The notes under the pieces were generated by a model. It saw only the letters and a program-made list of their open reading frames with translations, made no database searches and was not told the origin of the DNA. Shown here in pieces: positions 49,763 through 64,000 of a DNA stretch of 64,000 bases (the stretch's first letter is position 1; the number at the start of each line of letters is the position of its first letter). The stretch comes from Prorocentrum cordatum (taxonomy: Eukaryota), in the NCBI GenBank assembly GCA_963575745.1, contig CAUYUJ010000187.1:1-64000 (forward strand), written 5' to 3'. A program made the translations under genes and the position numbers.

Positions 49763-52700
49763 GAGGAGGAGGATGGCGATGCCACGAACTCAGCTCAAAG
49801 TTTGGCCAACTCAAACAAGGAGGACGAGGAAGAAGGAGGAGGAGGAGGAGGAGGAGGAGGAGGAGGAGGGGCAGGGGGAGGCCTCTTGGGCCTTTTTGGG
49901 GCCTCCTGGGGGCCTTCGAGGGGCCCTCTGAGAACCTTTGAAGGGCGTCTGGTGGCCTGCCTCTTGGGAGCTTCTGGGGGCCTCCGGGGAGCTTAGTCGC
50001 CTTCGGAAACCGTCTTGGGGTCCATCTTGTGCGCCCTCTTGCGGCGATTTAGGGTCGTCTTTAAGTCAGTGGGGCCGTCTTGAGGCCGTATTTGGGACGT
50101 CTTGGGCCTTCTAGGCTTATCTTGGGGCCATTCTGTGGCTTCTGGGGCCGCCTCGGGGCTATCTTGCAGGCCTCTGAGGTTGTCTTGGATTCTCTGAAGC
50201 CCGAAACAACGAGAACGCGAAAGCTGAGTCGTCTTAGTGGCATCTTGGGCTCTTCAGGGGCCATTTTGACCATATTGGTCAACATGGCCCGTGCTGGGGG
50301 TATCTGAGACCGTCTTGGACCGTCTTGAGTCATTTGGTGGCATCTGAGGCCGTCTTGGTCCGGGTTGGAGGTCATGTCGCGGACCCTGTTGGGCGCTTGC
50401 CGGGCCATAGAAGATGTTCTTGTGCACGTTCGGGGTCTTTTTGTGTGGCTGGCGGGTGTGCAGGATGCCATCGGAAGGCCTTTGGAAGGGTTCAAACGGT
50501 TATCATGTAGCACGCCATCAGCCTTTTTTGTAGGCAGCATGGGGGCTGCCGATGGCGGAAAGAGCGATCACGCGATTCCGTTCTTGGTGGGGCGTCAGCC
50601 CAGGGGATGGGGTCCGGGGGGGGATCAGGTTTAATAACCCCTCTTTGGGCCCAAGACGGCCCCAGAGGCGCTGAAAACTGCCTCATATACCTCCGAGACG
50701 GCCCACGAGAGGCCCAAGAGCGTTCCAAGACGGGCCACGAGCGCTCCAAGGGAGCCCAAGACCACCCGGGAGCGTTCGATGATTTCCACGTTTGCTTCAA
50801 GGTGGTCCAAGAGGGCCCCAAGGCGGCCCAAAAGGCCCTCAACCGAGAAGGCCTCGGGAGTGTAAGCGCACTGATTTTCCACTGGTTTTTGAACGTTTTT
50901 GCGGATCTCGTTTTTTTGGGGGCCACGAGCGGCCCACACACGACTCCAAGAAGGCTCGGAGACGCAAAATAACAGGCTCCCAAGAGCCCGCAGCGACGTG
51001 ACAAGCTCGAATCACCGCGGTTCCTAATAACGAGCGCTGACGTAAAAAGCTCCTAGGAGAAGGAGCACCAGGAGCATGAGCAGGAGAACGAGGAGGAGGA
51101 GGAGGAGGAGGAGGAGGAGGAGGAGGAGGGAAGAGGCGGAGGAGGAGGATGATGATGATGATGAGGAGGAGGAGGTGGAGGCGGAGGCGGAGGAGGAGGA
51201 GGAGGAACGTGAGGAGGAGAGATGATGAGGAAGAGCATAAGGAGGAGCAGGAGGAACAATGATTTTCCATTGGTTTTTGAAAGTCGTTACGGCTCCCGCT
51301 GCTTCGGGCCAATAACGGCCTTTTCTTCTTCCTCCTCCTCTTCCTCCTCCTCCTCGATCTTTTCCCGAACCCTATACTTCATCTACACCTTCACCTACGT
51401 CCACAGCCACGCCCGAGACCTTCACTTCAATCTTCCCCCAAGCCTTACGCTTTCGCTTGCATCTTCACCGACATCCTTATCTGGACCCTACATCTTCACC
51501 TACATCTCCACGGCCCCAAGACGACCCAAGAGGGCCCCGAGGCGGCCCGAGAGGGTCCCTAGAGGCTCCCAAGAGAGCTCCAAGAGGGCCGCGAGAGGTT
51601 CCCACGAGGGCCTACCAGGCCCCCAAGAGCGCCCCAAAGACGGCGGGAGCCCTCCAAGACGCCCCAAACCGTCTCCGAGTAGTCTTCGCAACTATTTGCT
51701 ATGTCGATCTCTTCTTATGCTAAATGGCATGAAGATTCCAGGCATGAAGATGCAATGTGATTTTCTGGCCGGCCTGGCAGCTAGCGCTGCACCAGGAAAG
51801 ACACGTCATGGTTTGTGATTTTCTGGTTGGCCCGGCAGCTAGCGGATGGAACGATATGCCTTGCTCTTTGATTTTCTGGCTGGCCCATCAGCTCGAGGCG
51901 CCAGAACAATTGCCACCGCCGCCTGCGCCATCATCGCTCCAGCTGTGCCGCGCGAGCATGCCGTGGTTAAACCCTGTGTTTTTGTTTTTTTTTGGAATCT
52001 CGATTTTGGAATCCTTCCGAAACCGAAGGTCTTTGAAGGATTTCGGTATGCGCGCGCGACGACGCGCGCCTTTGCACTTCGCCTTTTTTTTTCAAGGGAT
52101 TCTTGACAATTTGTGATTGTTGATAAACGAGTGTGCGTAGTAATTTTTGCAGAGGATGGCAGGGGGAACCCATACTGGTTTGGCTGGGGTAGTATGAATT
52201 CACAGGTAGGATAGACATTGTCACAATCTTTTGTGTTTTACACCGGTTCCTGTGGGGTCTTTAACCCTGGGGGGGAGGGGGGTAGAACCTTTTCTTGTTT
52301 TAGAAAGGAGAATACAGGCGGTGTAACCTATATCGTACAGTATGTCGGATGGAAGCTGTGTGGTGCAAGCGATCTGTGCACCCTGAGAGGCGAGCCAGCG
52401 TGCGAGACGGCGACGAGTTGGCGTCGGCAGCGAATGGGCGAAGAACTCGACAAGCCAGCCAGCGCATGGGGCGGTTACGGGTCCGCGATGGTGAGCGACA
52501 GGCGAAACCTGGACATGCCAGGTAGAGGAGGAGTTGAGCGATGGGCGGCGATTCGGCGAAAACTTCGAAGTGCTTCTCAGCGTTGCGAAATGGGGACGAG
52601 GCGGCGACGGGCGACGACAGGGCGAAGCCCCAGAAGTGCTGGCCAGCGCATCAGGCATCGACGAGGCAGAGGAGGGGCCGTGCGACGAAGAGCTTTGTTT

Positions 52701-53281
52701 CAGAGTGAGGGACGGGAGATGATGGGGGACGAGGAAGGTAACCAGTGTCAACCTGAGATCCATCAGCGATGTTGCATGAAACCCTGCATCCAAGCTCCCC
52801 CCTCATAGGCTCCTACGAGGATCTATTTCCACTGCGAAAAGAGCCCCTGTGGAAGACAACCGTTTGAAAGTTTTCAATCGTGTCACAGCACCTTTCGTGG
52901 GATACCAAGGGCGCGAATAAACGTTAATGTTGCGGCCGGACGATCCCTTATCGTGCCAGAACACCTTTTTCTGGGACGTCAGCAGTGCGACTCAACGTGA
53001 GTGTCGCGCCCTGGCCATCCCAAATCGCCCCCAAACATTAATTTTGGGACATCAATTATGAGAGTCCTTGAGATTTTTGTGGACTGTTGACACGAGTGTG
53101 CGCGGCGCTTTGCGAGAACCGCATTTTGAAGATGAGCCGCCCTCCATCCGTGAATCGCTTGCAGACTTCTGATACGATTGTGCGCGGCGCTGTGGCGTAA
53201 AACACATGTTGAAAACGACCCAAACTTGACCCATTTCGGGGTGCGACAAGGGAAAGTGGTTTACAAATGAGATGGACGGAT

Positions 53282-53832
<551 letters not shown>

Positions 53833-55593
53833 CGTCTTCTACCCTTCCCCGTTTCCCTCGCTCTCCTTTCCCCCCCGCCTCTTCCTGCACGAACGGTAGC
53901 TGGCTCGCCGCGCGACCAGGCCGCTGCAGCGGGCCCCCCAGCGGGGATGGGCACCATCAAGGAGGTGCAGCGCAAGCTCGACCTGAGCCTGGAGGACGCT
54001 CTTCGTGGCGTTGTTCTTACGCCCCTTCTCGACGACCTCCCATGCAGCCGCTGCTCCATCCCTTTTCCTCACACGTAACTCCCCCCCGCCGTGCCCGCAG
54101 ACGTTTCGGCAGGGCGGGCTGGGCGTTTGGCGTGAGATTTCCGCACTATTTATGTTCCTGAAGCGTTGAAAGTGGAATTGTTACACGGATGGATGGGCCG
54201 GCGGTTTTCAAACTCGGCTCCCGCGTTAGCGCCGCGCGCGTTTGCCCTAAAGCTGGCAGCGGCGTCGAGAATGTCGCACAGGTCGATTTCCAAATGGTGC
54301 TTTGTCCTCGGCGCCGCGCACTTTGTTTTCGCAGCAGTTTCAACGATGGAGCACCTGCCGTCTTCAAAGTAGCGCTCTCGCCATATGACCGCGCGTATTC
54401 GTCTTACAAGCAGACAGCAACCTCTAGGACTTGGGTGGTGGTGTCGTTTTCACGCCTGACGCTCTAGAATTAGGACCGTACATATTCGTCTTAAACGCTT
54501 GCAGTCGCTTTATGGATGGAGGGCGGTGTCTTTATCGAACTTGGGCCCCCGCCTCCGCCGCACGTTCTTCTTTAAAGCCTGAAGCAGTCGCATTGGTGGA
54601 TGACGGTTCCGTTTCACAGTGAAGTTGTCGTTTGTTATTTGTTCGAATATAATTCGTTTTTTTCTTGAAGTGCATGGCCATATTTGCAAATGGGTCCAGC
54701 AGTTACACAAATGGGACTGTCCTTTGAAAACCGGGATTTCGCAGCCAAGCTTTTAATAGCTGCGCGGTCATAACTTTTCGCGCTCTTTCTGAATATGTGC
54801 AAGGATACAGTGCAGTTCCTTTTCAAAACGCGGCTGTCACCTGATGGCAGGCCATCTGTGTGCTGGTTTTTCATTGGGGCGCTTTTCGTGGTGGGAGGGA
54901 AGGCTTATGGAACCCCCATTAACATGAGAATCGTTACAGGAGGGTGTGTTGCAGCATTGTTGACTCATCTTTTGTTTACTCAGGTCCCCCACCTCTTCCT
55001 CCCCCTTCGTGCTGCTTCGCCTCCTCCACCTCCCCGTCCCATTCCTCCACTCTATTCCACCTGCCCCACCCCGTCTGCCCCGTTCCCCTTCAGCTTTCCT
55101 CTCCGTCTCCCCCTCCTCAGCCTCACTGTGTTCGCCCAGCCTCCTCTCATTGCCAGTAGGGGCAGGGGGATCTGGACGAGTGGGACTGGAGGGTCGGTGG
55201 AGGGGTGGAAGCCTTGAGCAAGGCGCTCAACGAAGCCAACGAGCAGCAGCCCCCAGACAGCTTCGGCATGGTCATGGTGTTGGCGGGCACGGCGCTTCTC
55301 TTCTTGATGGCGCTGTGGCGAAAATGGTGGAAGGGTTGGACATGCCACGTCTCCATCGTGTGCTGCGAGGGCGGTGACGAGGTCACGAATATCGGCATAG
55401 CGGAGGTGGAGGGCTACCCCGTTCTGATGCCCTGCGACGCTTTCGATCTCCTGGGGTCTGGTGGAGATCCGATCGTGTGTGGGCTTTTGATCTACGAGAT
55501 CATGTACACCACGCTTTTGATCTACAATATCATGTACACCACGTTTCTCAGTTGTGTGTTTCTCCAAAGTAGGATTGCTTAGCCTCACGGTTC

Positions 55594-58560
55594 GTGATGA
55601 AGAATGAGTATGTCCAGAAGCTCCATACTACGGGTACTGCGGCCACTTGTGCGAACGGCACAAGTGTGGGCCCTTTTACTGATATGGTGGTCGGGCCTTC
55701 CAGCGATCCCCTATACGGGGGTGGCGGCAAGGGAGGCTCGAAGAGAACGGCACGCCGATCGGATCAAGCGACTGTTCTCCAGGGGTTGGTGAAGGCGGTC
55801 AGCGCGATCCATCAGCACATAGGTTTGAAGCAGGATACCCCAGCTTCAGCCTGGCTGGGGCCTGGCACGACGAAGCAGTTTTTCACGAAGCCCAAGCCGA
55901 AGAAGAAGAAGGTGAAGAACACCGACATCCAGATCGTCGAGCGCCGGCGGAGTCTCATTGGGTATGTGGACGCTGCATCAGGTGCTCAGGGGCAGGCCAT
56001 CACGACTACGGTGGTCTGCAACAAGCTTCGGGAGCTCATCGCGACCTTCAGCACGGCCAAGGCCGACAGCCCGCTGGAGGACACGACGACGACGACCCCG
56101 ACGACACCATCAGAGCGACTGGTTGGTGAGCCCTGGGGGACCGCGGTCATCGTAGCCGCGGGCCAGGCTCGCACCAAGCTGGAGACGAACACCGAGCCGC
56201 TGGTTATCTTATCCACGTCCGGCGCGGAGTTCACAGCGGCGGAGCAGATCCGCAGAGCTGTCGGCAACAGGACGAATGTCACGCATGTGGTCTTGGACCC
56301 CGCAGGTGAAGATTATGTACTCCACGGCCTGAAAAGGGCCCAAGAAGATGATCCCGCATCGTCTACCACGGCTCGGGCTCTCCGAAGCTCGCTGGATTAG
56401 ACGCGGCCATCAAGGATGACGAAGTGGTGCAGCATGAGAAATTGACCCTGGTGAGTTATCGTATCGTTGTGGTGCAGGAGCTGACGGACGAGACCTTGTA
56501 CCACCAGGTCTACAACCAACCCCAGGCCCTCCCCGCGGTGGTGTTGGGAGAAGCTGCGGCTGCGCAGATTGTGCGCGCGCGGGGCCATCGCATACGAAGC
56601 GGAGACAACGTGTGTGGTGACGATCCCCAAGAATTTCGAGCCCAAGTTGAGCGAGATTGTTCCACCGCTGGGTTGTTTTGTTATGACGCAGGCTTCCCCC
56701 GCAGCGCCGAAGTGGTACACCCAGAAGGAAGAGGAGACGCCGAAGGATTACCTCAAGAGGGTTTGTGGTTTGTTGAAAGATAAGCGTAATCAACTTGTCT
56801 ATCGGCCCTTTGAGAAAGCGAAGCTGGGGGCCATGGCCCAGATCAGCGCCCCAGGGATGCTCGAGCTCATCAAGTACTACGCCGCGCACGCCCTGCCGAC
56901 CTGGACGACCCCCCAGCGCGTGGCGGACTGGGCGACGGAGAGAGGGTTTCTGCGAGTGCAGGAGCCAACGAGAGCTGGGCCGAGGGCCTGGCTTTTCTTT
57001 TCTGAGCCGCCGCAGGGAGTTGCGGCGACGAATTTTGCTTTCAAACGTGGCGTGCTGATCGCGAAGGCGGTGGGGCATCAGGCACCAGCACGGCAGAAGC
57101 CAAAAGAAGGTCAGACATCCACGACGCGTAGTGCATGGGGCGCTGCCAAGCCGAGGGTGCAGAACATCGATGAGGGGCCAGTGGAAGTACCGGCGTCGGC
57201 GGCCACGAAGACGGGGGCCACGACGAAGGAGGCTACTGGAGGAGCGGCTTCAACGAAGGAGGAGACCAAGGTCGAGACCAAGGAGGAGCCCAAGGCGGAG
57301 TCGCGCTCCAAGTTGCAGAGAGGTGAGGGCGGCAAGGCAGTGGGCAAGCGCGTCGCGCCGTTCGCGAAGTGGTTCAAAATTGTACAGTGTGCTGGTGAGG
57401 GCGATTGTTTCTATATTGCAGCAGGTCGTGGCCTGCGTCATGTATCACCGAGTGGGCGCACTCCGCCCGTCAATGCCTTCGAGCCGAAGGGGCCGATCCA
57501 GGGGTATCTCCGCGCGTTGGTGCACAGAGCTGGATTGAAGACGGTATTTGGGGCGACGAAGCTCCAGGCCGAACATCGTGGTGCGACTGGAAATCCTGCT
57601 GGAGCCCTGGCTGTGCGTCTGCTGGCCCACGAGGCGAATGCGGGCATCTATGTGTGGGCGAAGGATGCTAATGGGAGCTGGATTTTGTATAGACGAGAGC
57701 CGAGTACAGAGCCGGAGAAGAAGGATATTTGGGTGACACTCGAGGAGCAGCGCTACCAATGGCTGGAATACCCGCGCGGAGACCAAGACCTACCTGAGTA
57801 TCAGAACACGTTGCGCCTGTGGTGTGACCGAGCCTTCCCGTATCCCCAGCATGGACTTCAGGGAAGTGGTGAGGAGGGTGGCGAAGATATGCTATCACTA
57901 TTTAGTCTTCGGTGTACGCCGACGACGCGCTCGGGTGCTATTGCGAGTGTCCTGGGTTTGGACGAGCGTGTGGACGAAATGCAGAGTATTCTTGGCTTGG
58001 AGTCTGGAGGAGCGGAGGCCCTTAAGGCCGAGGCCTCGGGGGGCTCAGACGAAGCCTTCGAGCAGTTCTGGACGTGGCAGACTGGTGAGTATTATAAGTG
58101 TGACAAGTGCGGATGGACACCATTTACTTCCGATGTCGTGATGGTGGGGAAGCGCAAGTACAATTCTTTGCCGAGCGTGCAGGGGGGCAGACATTGGAGA
58201 AAGTGTCAAGGCAAGCCTGCACCGAATATTGGGAAGTTAGTGCATTCTCAGATTTCCCAGTTCCTCGCCAACTCCGCCAGGATCCGCGAGAACATGCGTC
58301 AGCGTGTCTTCGCGAAGCGCCTGATGTGGGAGGCGAATCTACCGATGCGTATTCAAGAAGCAGCTTGTGAATCTAATCCGCGGGCGGTGTTGTCTATCCC
58401 CAGTGCCGAGAAGAATTTGACGGCCTACACGTGCACGCGGTGTGGTGTCCGGCGCCCGCTTGGGCAGGCGCCTTGGAACATATGCAGTGGGGGGCAGAAT
58501 AAGGTAACGCGGAAGCAGTTCTTGACGAGTACAGTTGGTCTATCGGTACTTCGAGGTTGA
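55594..58560 (+). pseudogene. Decayed upstream coding region of a LINE with an OTU-like protease domain and zinc-finger-like motifs
   Basis: Broken ORFs 55594-56400 and 56569-58560; AGEGDCFYIA (~57391-57420); WVTLEEQRYQWL; YKCDKCGW, HWRKC and YTCTRCG. Lies directly upstream of the APE-RT region. Confidence 0.55.
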
Positions 58561-58898
58561 GCAGAGGCGCGTCCTGCGCAAGAAAGCGAACTTCGGGCCC
58601 GACCAGCGAGAGAAGATAAATAATTACTGGGCCGAGTAATCAAAGCGGCCCGAGCACAAAGACAAGAAGAGGGTCCAGAGCAATAAGCTGGACAAGGAGG
58701 CTGCAGAAGGGCCCTGAGCGCGAGCGCTATCTCTTGCAGAAGCGCCAGCGTGGGAAGGAGGCCTGGAAGCGGAAGTTAGCGGCGCGTTCGGCGTCGGCTT
58801 CGGCGACAGCGTCAGCGTGCAGTCCCGCGTGCTGAAGGTGCCCCGACCCCCGCGACCCGCTCCGCGGGGGTGGGGAGGCGCCGGTGGGGGGCGGCCAT

Positions 58899-61800
58899 AT
58901 GAAGATGGCCACTATCAACGTGACAGTCCTGAACGCCGCCAGGCTGGAGGAGCTGCTCACGCACGAGGATTTGAAGGAGGTGGAATTCCTGGTCCTGCAG
59001 GAGGTGCGCCTGCGTGCGGAGCACCCGCGATGGGTGTCGGCAGCAGCGCAGAGGCTGGGATGGCGATGTGCCGTCAGTCTCCCGCCTGGCAAGAACGCGA
59101 AGCCCATTGCGATGCAAGGGGTTGCGTCTCTGTTTTGGCGACCCCGAGTTGGTGGAGTTAAAGTTTTCCGATCTTCGGGCCACAGATGCATGGGTGTGCG
59201 AGGGGCTTTTGGTACAGTTGTATCAGCATGCGGTCCTGCCTCGGTTGCGAGCACGGAGTGGATGGGCGAAGTGTTTGACTGAATTAAAGCTACCGCTGCT
59301 GGGAAGCCTTGGATTGTATTTGGAGATCTCAATTGGAGGCAGTCTTACCAGCAGTGTGTGCCTATTGACGCGACTGTATGCCAGAAGACCGCTCCGACGA
59401 CATTGGCGGGAACCTCTCCCACCAGGATCAGTGCGTCGGGAGTGGCTGTCCAGCATGCGTCAACGGTGTTTTTGCAGGGTATCCCGTGCCACGGCCTGGT
59501 CTTGTGCACTACTTCCTGGAGTGCGATGACGGGGCCCACAACGAGACTGAAGCGTGCATCAATCTCCGAGCTGGATCAGAGCACGATGGTGTTCCCTCGA
59601 GATATTAATGCTATACATATGGGCGTGGACAAAGTGCTACCTATGCTGGGCGCCGCTTATACTATGACGCAGCGCTGGGGGCACTGGCACGCACGGGCCA
59701 AAAGTGTGATACAGCTTGGTGTTGCGGCTGGTTTCCTTTTGCAGAGTGGAAGTGCTGAGCGTCCCAAGGGATCGAGCCCTGTGCAGAGGCCAGTGGCATC
59801 TATTCCCAAGCGACGGCCGAATGAACCCATCATCCTGTCGAGGCTGAAGAAGTTGGCCCGAAGCATCACCGAACCATTGGAGCGCAGCCCACCGGCAGGA
59901 CGACTGGATGGGCATCAGCTGGACGTCTTCATTGATGTCTTTTTATGACATAATTGACCAAGGATGTGCTGGACTACCGAGTCTGGGCCGAGCCCACGAT
60001 CGAGTCTCGAATGCAATTGCTGAGCTGGAGCGCCGTCTGCGGGCGGAGGACAGTTCATCCTGGAAGCAGATCTTTACTAAAGAAGCTATCGACCCTGAGT
60101 GGTGGAGAGCAGCGAGGTCGGTCATGCGCGACCCGACGGAGCGTCCTGCCTTCACCGCCAACGGCATGACAGAGGAGTGGCGCAATATTTGGCGCCCAGA
60201 GAGTTTCGATGGTACGGCGTGTGCGGCATCATGGTTATCTCATGCCCAGCATATGCGTCGACCGTTTCCTCAGAGTAAGGCCCGTGCCGGGTGGGTGCCG
60301 AGCTGGAAGCAGTTTCTGCGGGCCATCGCTCGTGGGAAGGGAAGTGCTGGCTACGACGGGTGGGCCGCCCGCGAGCTGAAGATGATGTCCTCGACTTTTG
60401 TTTCCGTGGTGCAGGACCTGTGCGACCTGGCTGGACGCGACCAAGTACCTTGAAGCCAACGGCATGTCTCAGGCCGTGGCGGTATCGGAGCGGCCAGACG
60501 ACATCGTCAACCTGCAGAAGTTATTGTTTTCTTGGAGAGTGGTCGGTATTCCGAAGAAGTGTGGAGCGTCGCGGCCGGTTGGCATGGCGAATGTACGCTT
60601 GAGAAGCTGGCTGACAGCGTGTGAAGAAGCTTTTCCCGCCCCGCAGACAGCTCAGTTTGCTTGTAAAGCGGAGACCTCAGTGTGCCATGCTGTGTGCAGC
60701 TGGCTGAGAGCGTGGGTGACTGCGCAAGCGGGCATGGAGCGTGACCTCAGCAAGTGCTACGACCAGGTGCCCCACGAAGTAGGGATAACCTCGCTCCATG
60801 CCGCAGCAGTGCCCTCGGACCTGGTGGCAGTGTCTTTCGCGGCGTGGTCGGGGCCGCGACGTTGCCAAGTGGCTGGGCCACTATCGCAAGAAGTGGTCTG
60901 GCCCTCCCGAAGCTTAGCTCGGGGGGACTCCTGCGTGCCCAAGGTCCTCTGCTGGGTGCTGGCGCCCTGGGAGGTCGAGGGCGAGCAGTTCCTGTTCACG
61001 GGCGACCGCTCGCTGGTGTGCTGGAGCGACCAGCAGCTCATCGACGACATCGCCGCGACCGACCGCTTCGACGCCGAGACGGGGGCCGTGTAGAACCGAA
61101 GTAAGCGCCAGGAGTGGCGCCGCGGCGAGTTCCGCCGCATCGAGCACATCGGGGTCGAGGCGGTCCCAGATGACCCCACGGCCCCCGTCACCCCACCAGG
61201 AGGATGGAAGAAGGTGTACGCAGCCATCGCTGCATTGCAACAGTTACCTGGGAGTTCACGGACACGACTACGAGCTGCTGGTTCATCTGTTGTACCGCGG
61301 TGGCTTTGGTGTTGCCCAGTATCCACGCTCCCGCCTGCGGATGTGGTGGCGAAGCTTATGCGTTCTATACTGCGGACGGAATGTCCCTGGTGGTGCCGTG
61401 GACGCTTTTGGTCTTTGCATATTCAGTACCATCCAGTGTAGTCTAATGTCTTCACGACAGTGTGCCGTTTGACTGGCTGGGAGTTGGACTACAACCCCTG
61501 GGTCGAGCACAGCCTACAGTCCTTCCTCGAGGCGATAGTATTGGTTTTCGTGCAGTGCGATGTGGAGAAAGGAGTCAGATTCCAGCTGGACCCAGAGGAG
61601 TCGGACCCGAGGACGAAGCGTATTTTTCAAGGCCGTCAAGGCTTCTGGAGTTCTGAAGGTGAGCGAGTATTTCATGTATTGCGAGTTGTGTGCCGTTTGC
61701 GTGCGTTGACGGCGGCGACCCCAACTCGGCGTGATTTCTTTGGTATGAGTGATGTTGATGTGGAGGCCCTTTCGGGCAAAGCGTGGAAGACGTTCAGAGA

Positions 61801-62098
61801 CGCCCTCTCGCCGACGGGCTGGCAGGATGTTATGATTAACATGTGTGGAGCGGCCAGCTCCCACGCGCGCGGAGGGAATCACGACTTCGACTGTGGCCCG
61901 TACTGCCCGTGCTGTGGTGAGGCCAATTGGCCCTCGGTCCGTCGCTGTGTGGCGGAGTGTGCCGCCTTCGCGGATTTCAGAGGCCTGCTCGCCGACTTCT
62001 ACGACGTGCCTGCGACCTGGTGGACCTCCCAGCCGAAAGTGACGTCGAGCTCGGGGTGGATCACCTACTCAGCGCGTCGAGTCGCTGAGCGGAGATAA
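58899..62098 (+). pseudogene. Decayed non-LTR retrotransposon pol: APE endonuclease, reverse transcriptase and C-terminal cysteine motif
   Basis: ATINV..LN, LVLQEVR and GDLNW (APE); SAGYDGW, IPKK..SRPV, DLSKCYDQV, LARGDS and FTGDR (RT, YxDD degenerate); CPCCG..C. Several stops and frameshifts. Confidence 0.85.
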
Positions 62099-62409
62099 GA
62101 GTTAATGGTGATGCAAGTCCGCATGGGCTTGTTCTACGTGTCCACTGGTTCGGGAATGAGAAACAACAAGCCTTATGTACGAGGGGGGCTGTCTGCGTGA
62201 GAGTATCGTTTATTGCAGAATATAGTTGTGCTAAATCATGCCTGTCAGAAGAAGACTTGATCTTGATCTGACTGGGAGTGTCAGAGCTGCTCATGAATTT
62301 CCACATCTTGATCTTTATTGATATTCCGATGTCTTGGTAAGATGCAGTTATGATTATCTGTGTTATTTGACGTATATCCAGGTTCAAACTCAAGTTCGGT
62401 TGTTCCTGA

Positions 62410-64000
62410 AGTGCACGCGCGGCGCCGGCTTCGGCGTCAGCGTCAGCGTCCAGTCCCTCGTGCTGAAGGCGCCCCAGCCCCCGCGACCCGCTCCGGGGGT
62501 GGGGGGGCGCCGGTGGTGAGCGGCCAGGTGAAGATGGCCACTATCAACGTGGCGGTCCTGAACGCCGCCAGGCTGGAGGAGCTGCTCACGCACGACGAAG
62601 TGAAGGAGGTGGACTTCCTGGCCCTGCAGGAGGTGCGCCTGCATGCGGAGCGCCCGCGGTGGGTGTCAGCAGCAGCGCAGAGACTGGGATGGCGATGTGC
62701 CGTCAGTGTCCCGCCTGGCAAGAATGCGAAGTCAGTTACGATGCAAGGGGGTGCGGCTCTGTTTTGGTGACCCCGAGTTGGTGGATTTTAAGTATTCCGA
62801 TCTGCGAGCCACAGATACATGGGTGTGCGAGGAGCTTTTGGCACGGTCGTATCAGCATCAGGGCCTGCCTCGGTTGCGAGCACGGAGTGGATGGATGCAG
62901 TTTTTGACGTGATTAAAGTTTTTGCTGCTCGAACGCCCTCGGTTGTACTGGGAGATCTCAACTGGAGGCAGTCTTGCCAGCAGTGTGTGCCCATTGGTGC
63001 GACTGTATGCGAGATGACAGCTGCGACGACACCGGCGGGAACAACTTCTACCAGGATCAGTGCGTCGGGAGTGGCTGTTCAGCATATGTCAACGTATTTT
63101 GTGCAGGGTATCCCGTACCATGGCTTGGTTTTGCGTACCACTTCTTGGAGTGCGATGACGGGGCCCACGACGAGACTCAAGCGTACATCGATCTTCGAGC
63201 TGGACCAGGGCACGATGGTGCTCCCGCAGGATATTGATGCAATACATATGGACGTGGACAAAGTACTACCTATGCTGGTCACGGCTCATACTATGACGCA
63301 GCGCTGAGAGCGCTGGCATGCACGGGCCAACCGTGTGATGGAACTGGGGGTTGAGGCTGGCCTTCTCTTGCGGAGTGGGAGGGCTGAGCGACCCAAGGGG
63401 TCACGCCCTGCTGAGAGGCCAGTAGCATCTACCCCAGAGCGACGGCCGAACGGACCCATCATCCTGGCGAGGTTGAAGAAGTTGGCCCGAAGTATTACCG
63501 AACAGCTGAAGCGCAGCCCACCGACAGCTCGACTGGATGGGCACCAGCTTGACGTTTTCATCGATTTCTGTTTAGGGCATGTTATTGACGACTGGTGCGC
63601 AGGATTGCCGAGTCTTAGCCGAGCCCACGATCGAGTACCCGACGCAATTGCTAAGCTGGAGCGCCGCCTGCGCGCGGAGGAAAGTTCATCATGGAAGCAG
63701 ATGTATGCCGAAGAAGCTCTCGATTCGGAGTGGTGGGGGGCAGCGAGTTCGGTCATGCGCGACCCGACGGAGTGCCCCGCCTTCACGGCCAACGACATGA
63801 CAGAGAAGTGGCGCAATATTTGGCGCCCAGAGAATTTCGACGGCACGCCGTGTGCGGCATCGTGGTTGTCTCATGCTCAGCGTATGCGCCGACCATTTCC
63901 CCAGAGTCGGGCCCGTGGCGGGCGGGTGCCGAGCTGGAAGCAGCTTCTACGGGCCATTGCTCGTGGGAAGGGAGGTGCTGGCTACGACGGGTGGACCGCC
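62410..64000 (+). pseudogene. Second decayed copy of the same APE-RT LINE, running off the window edge
   Basis: Colinear with ~58780-60369 (KMATINV, LQEVRL, GDLNW, AGYDGW) but with different stop codons. Confidence 0.85.

Noticed and set aside
55205..55582. 125-aa ORF with hydrophobic segments upstream of the LINE
   Set aside because: No recognisable family, and it contains a short internal duplication; insufficient support.

Overview
Repeat-rich eukaryotic DNA, almost certainly a dinoflagellate (a 21/22-nt match to the dinoflagellate spliced leader lies at 34054-34075), with no clear intact host gene. The left half (1-31.2 kb) is a nest of rolling-circle transposons of the Helitron2/Helentron type. 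A slightly broken giant RepHel gene (~7.8-23.3 kb) carries HA-like repeats, zinc fingers, a HUH Rep, a PIF1 helicase and a ubiquitin-specific protease domain. Around it lie many non-autonomous relatives that share a ~55-bp 3' end (sub-terminal inverted repeat, hairpin, CCAG|T) and insert into one another without target duplication. The most striking feature is that four separate insertions (two related RTE-like LINE families and one passenger with no recognisable RT) all end at the same point in that 3' hairpin. The LINEs also appear to encode a circularly permuted RNase H. The right half holds a decayed CMC/Plavaka-like transposase, an SL-relic ORF with weak methyltransferase-like motifs, a 102-bp satellite element, long microsatellites, a 100-N gap and two decayed copies of an APE-RT LINE, the first preceded by an OTU-like domain. 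All calls come from motif reading by eye; no searches were run.
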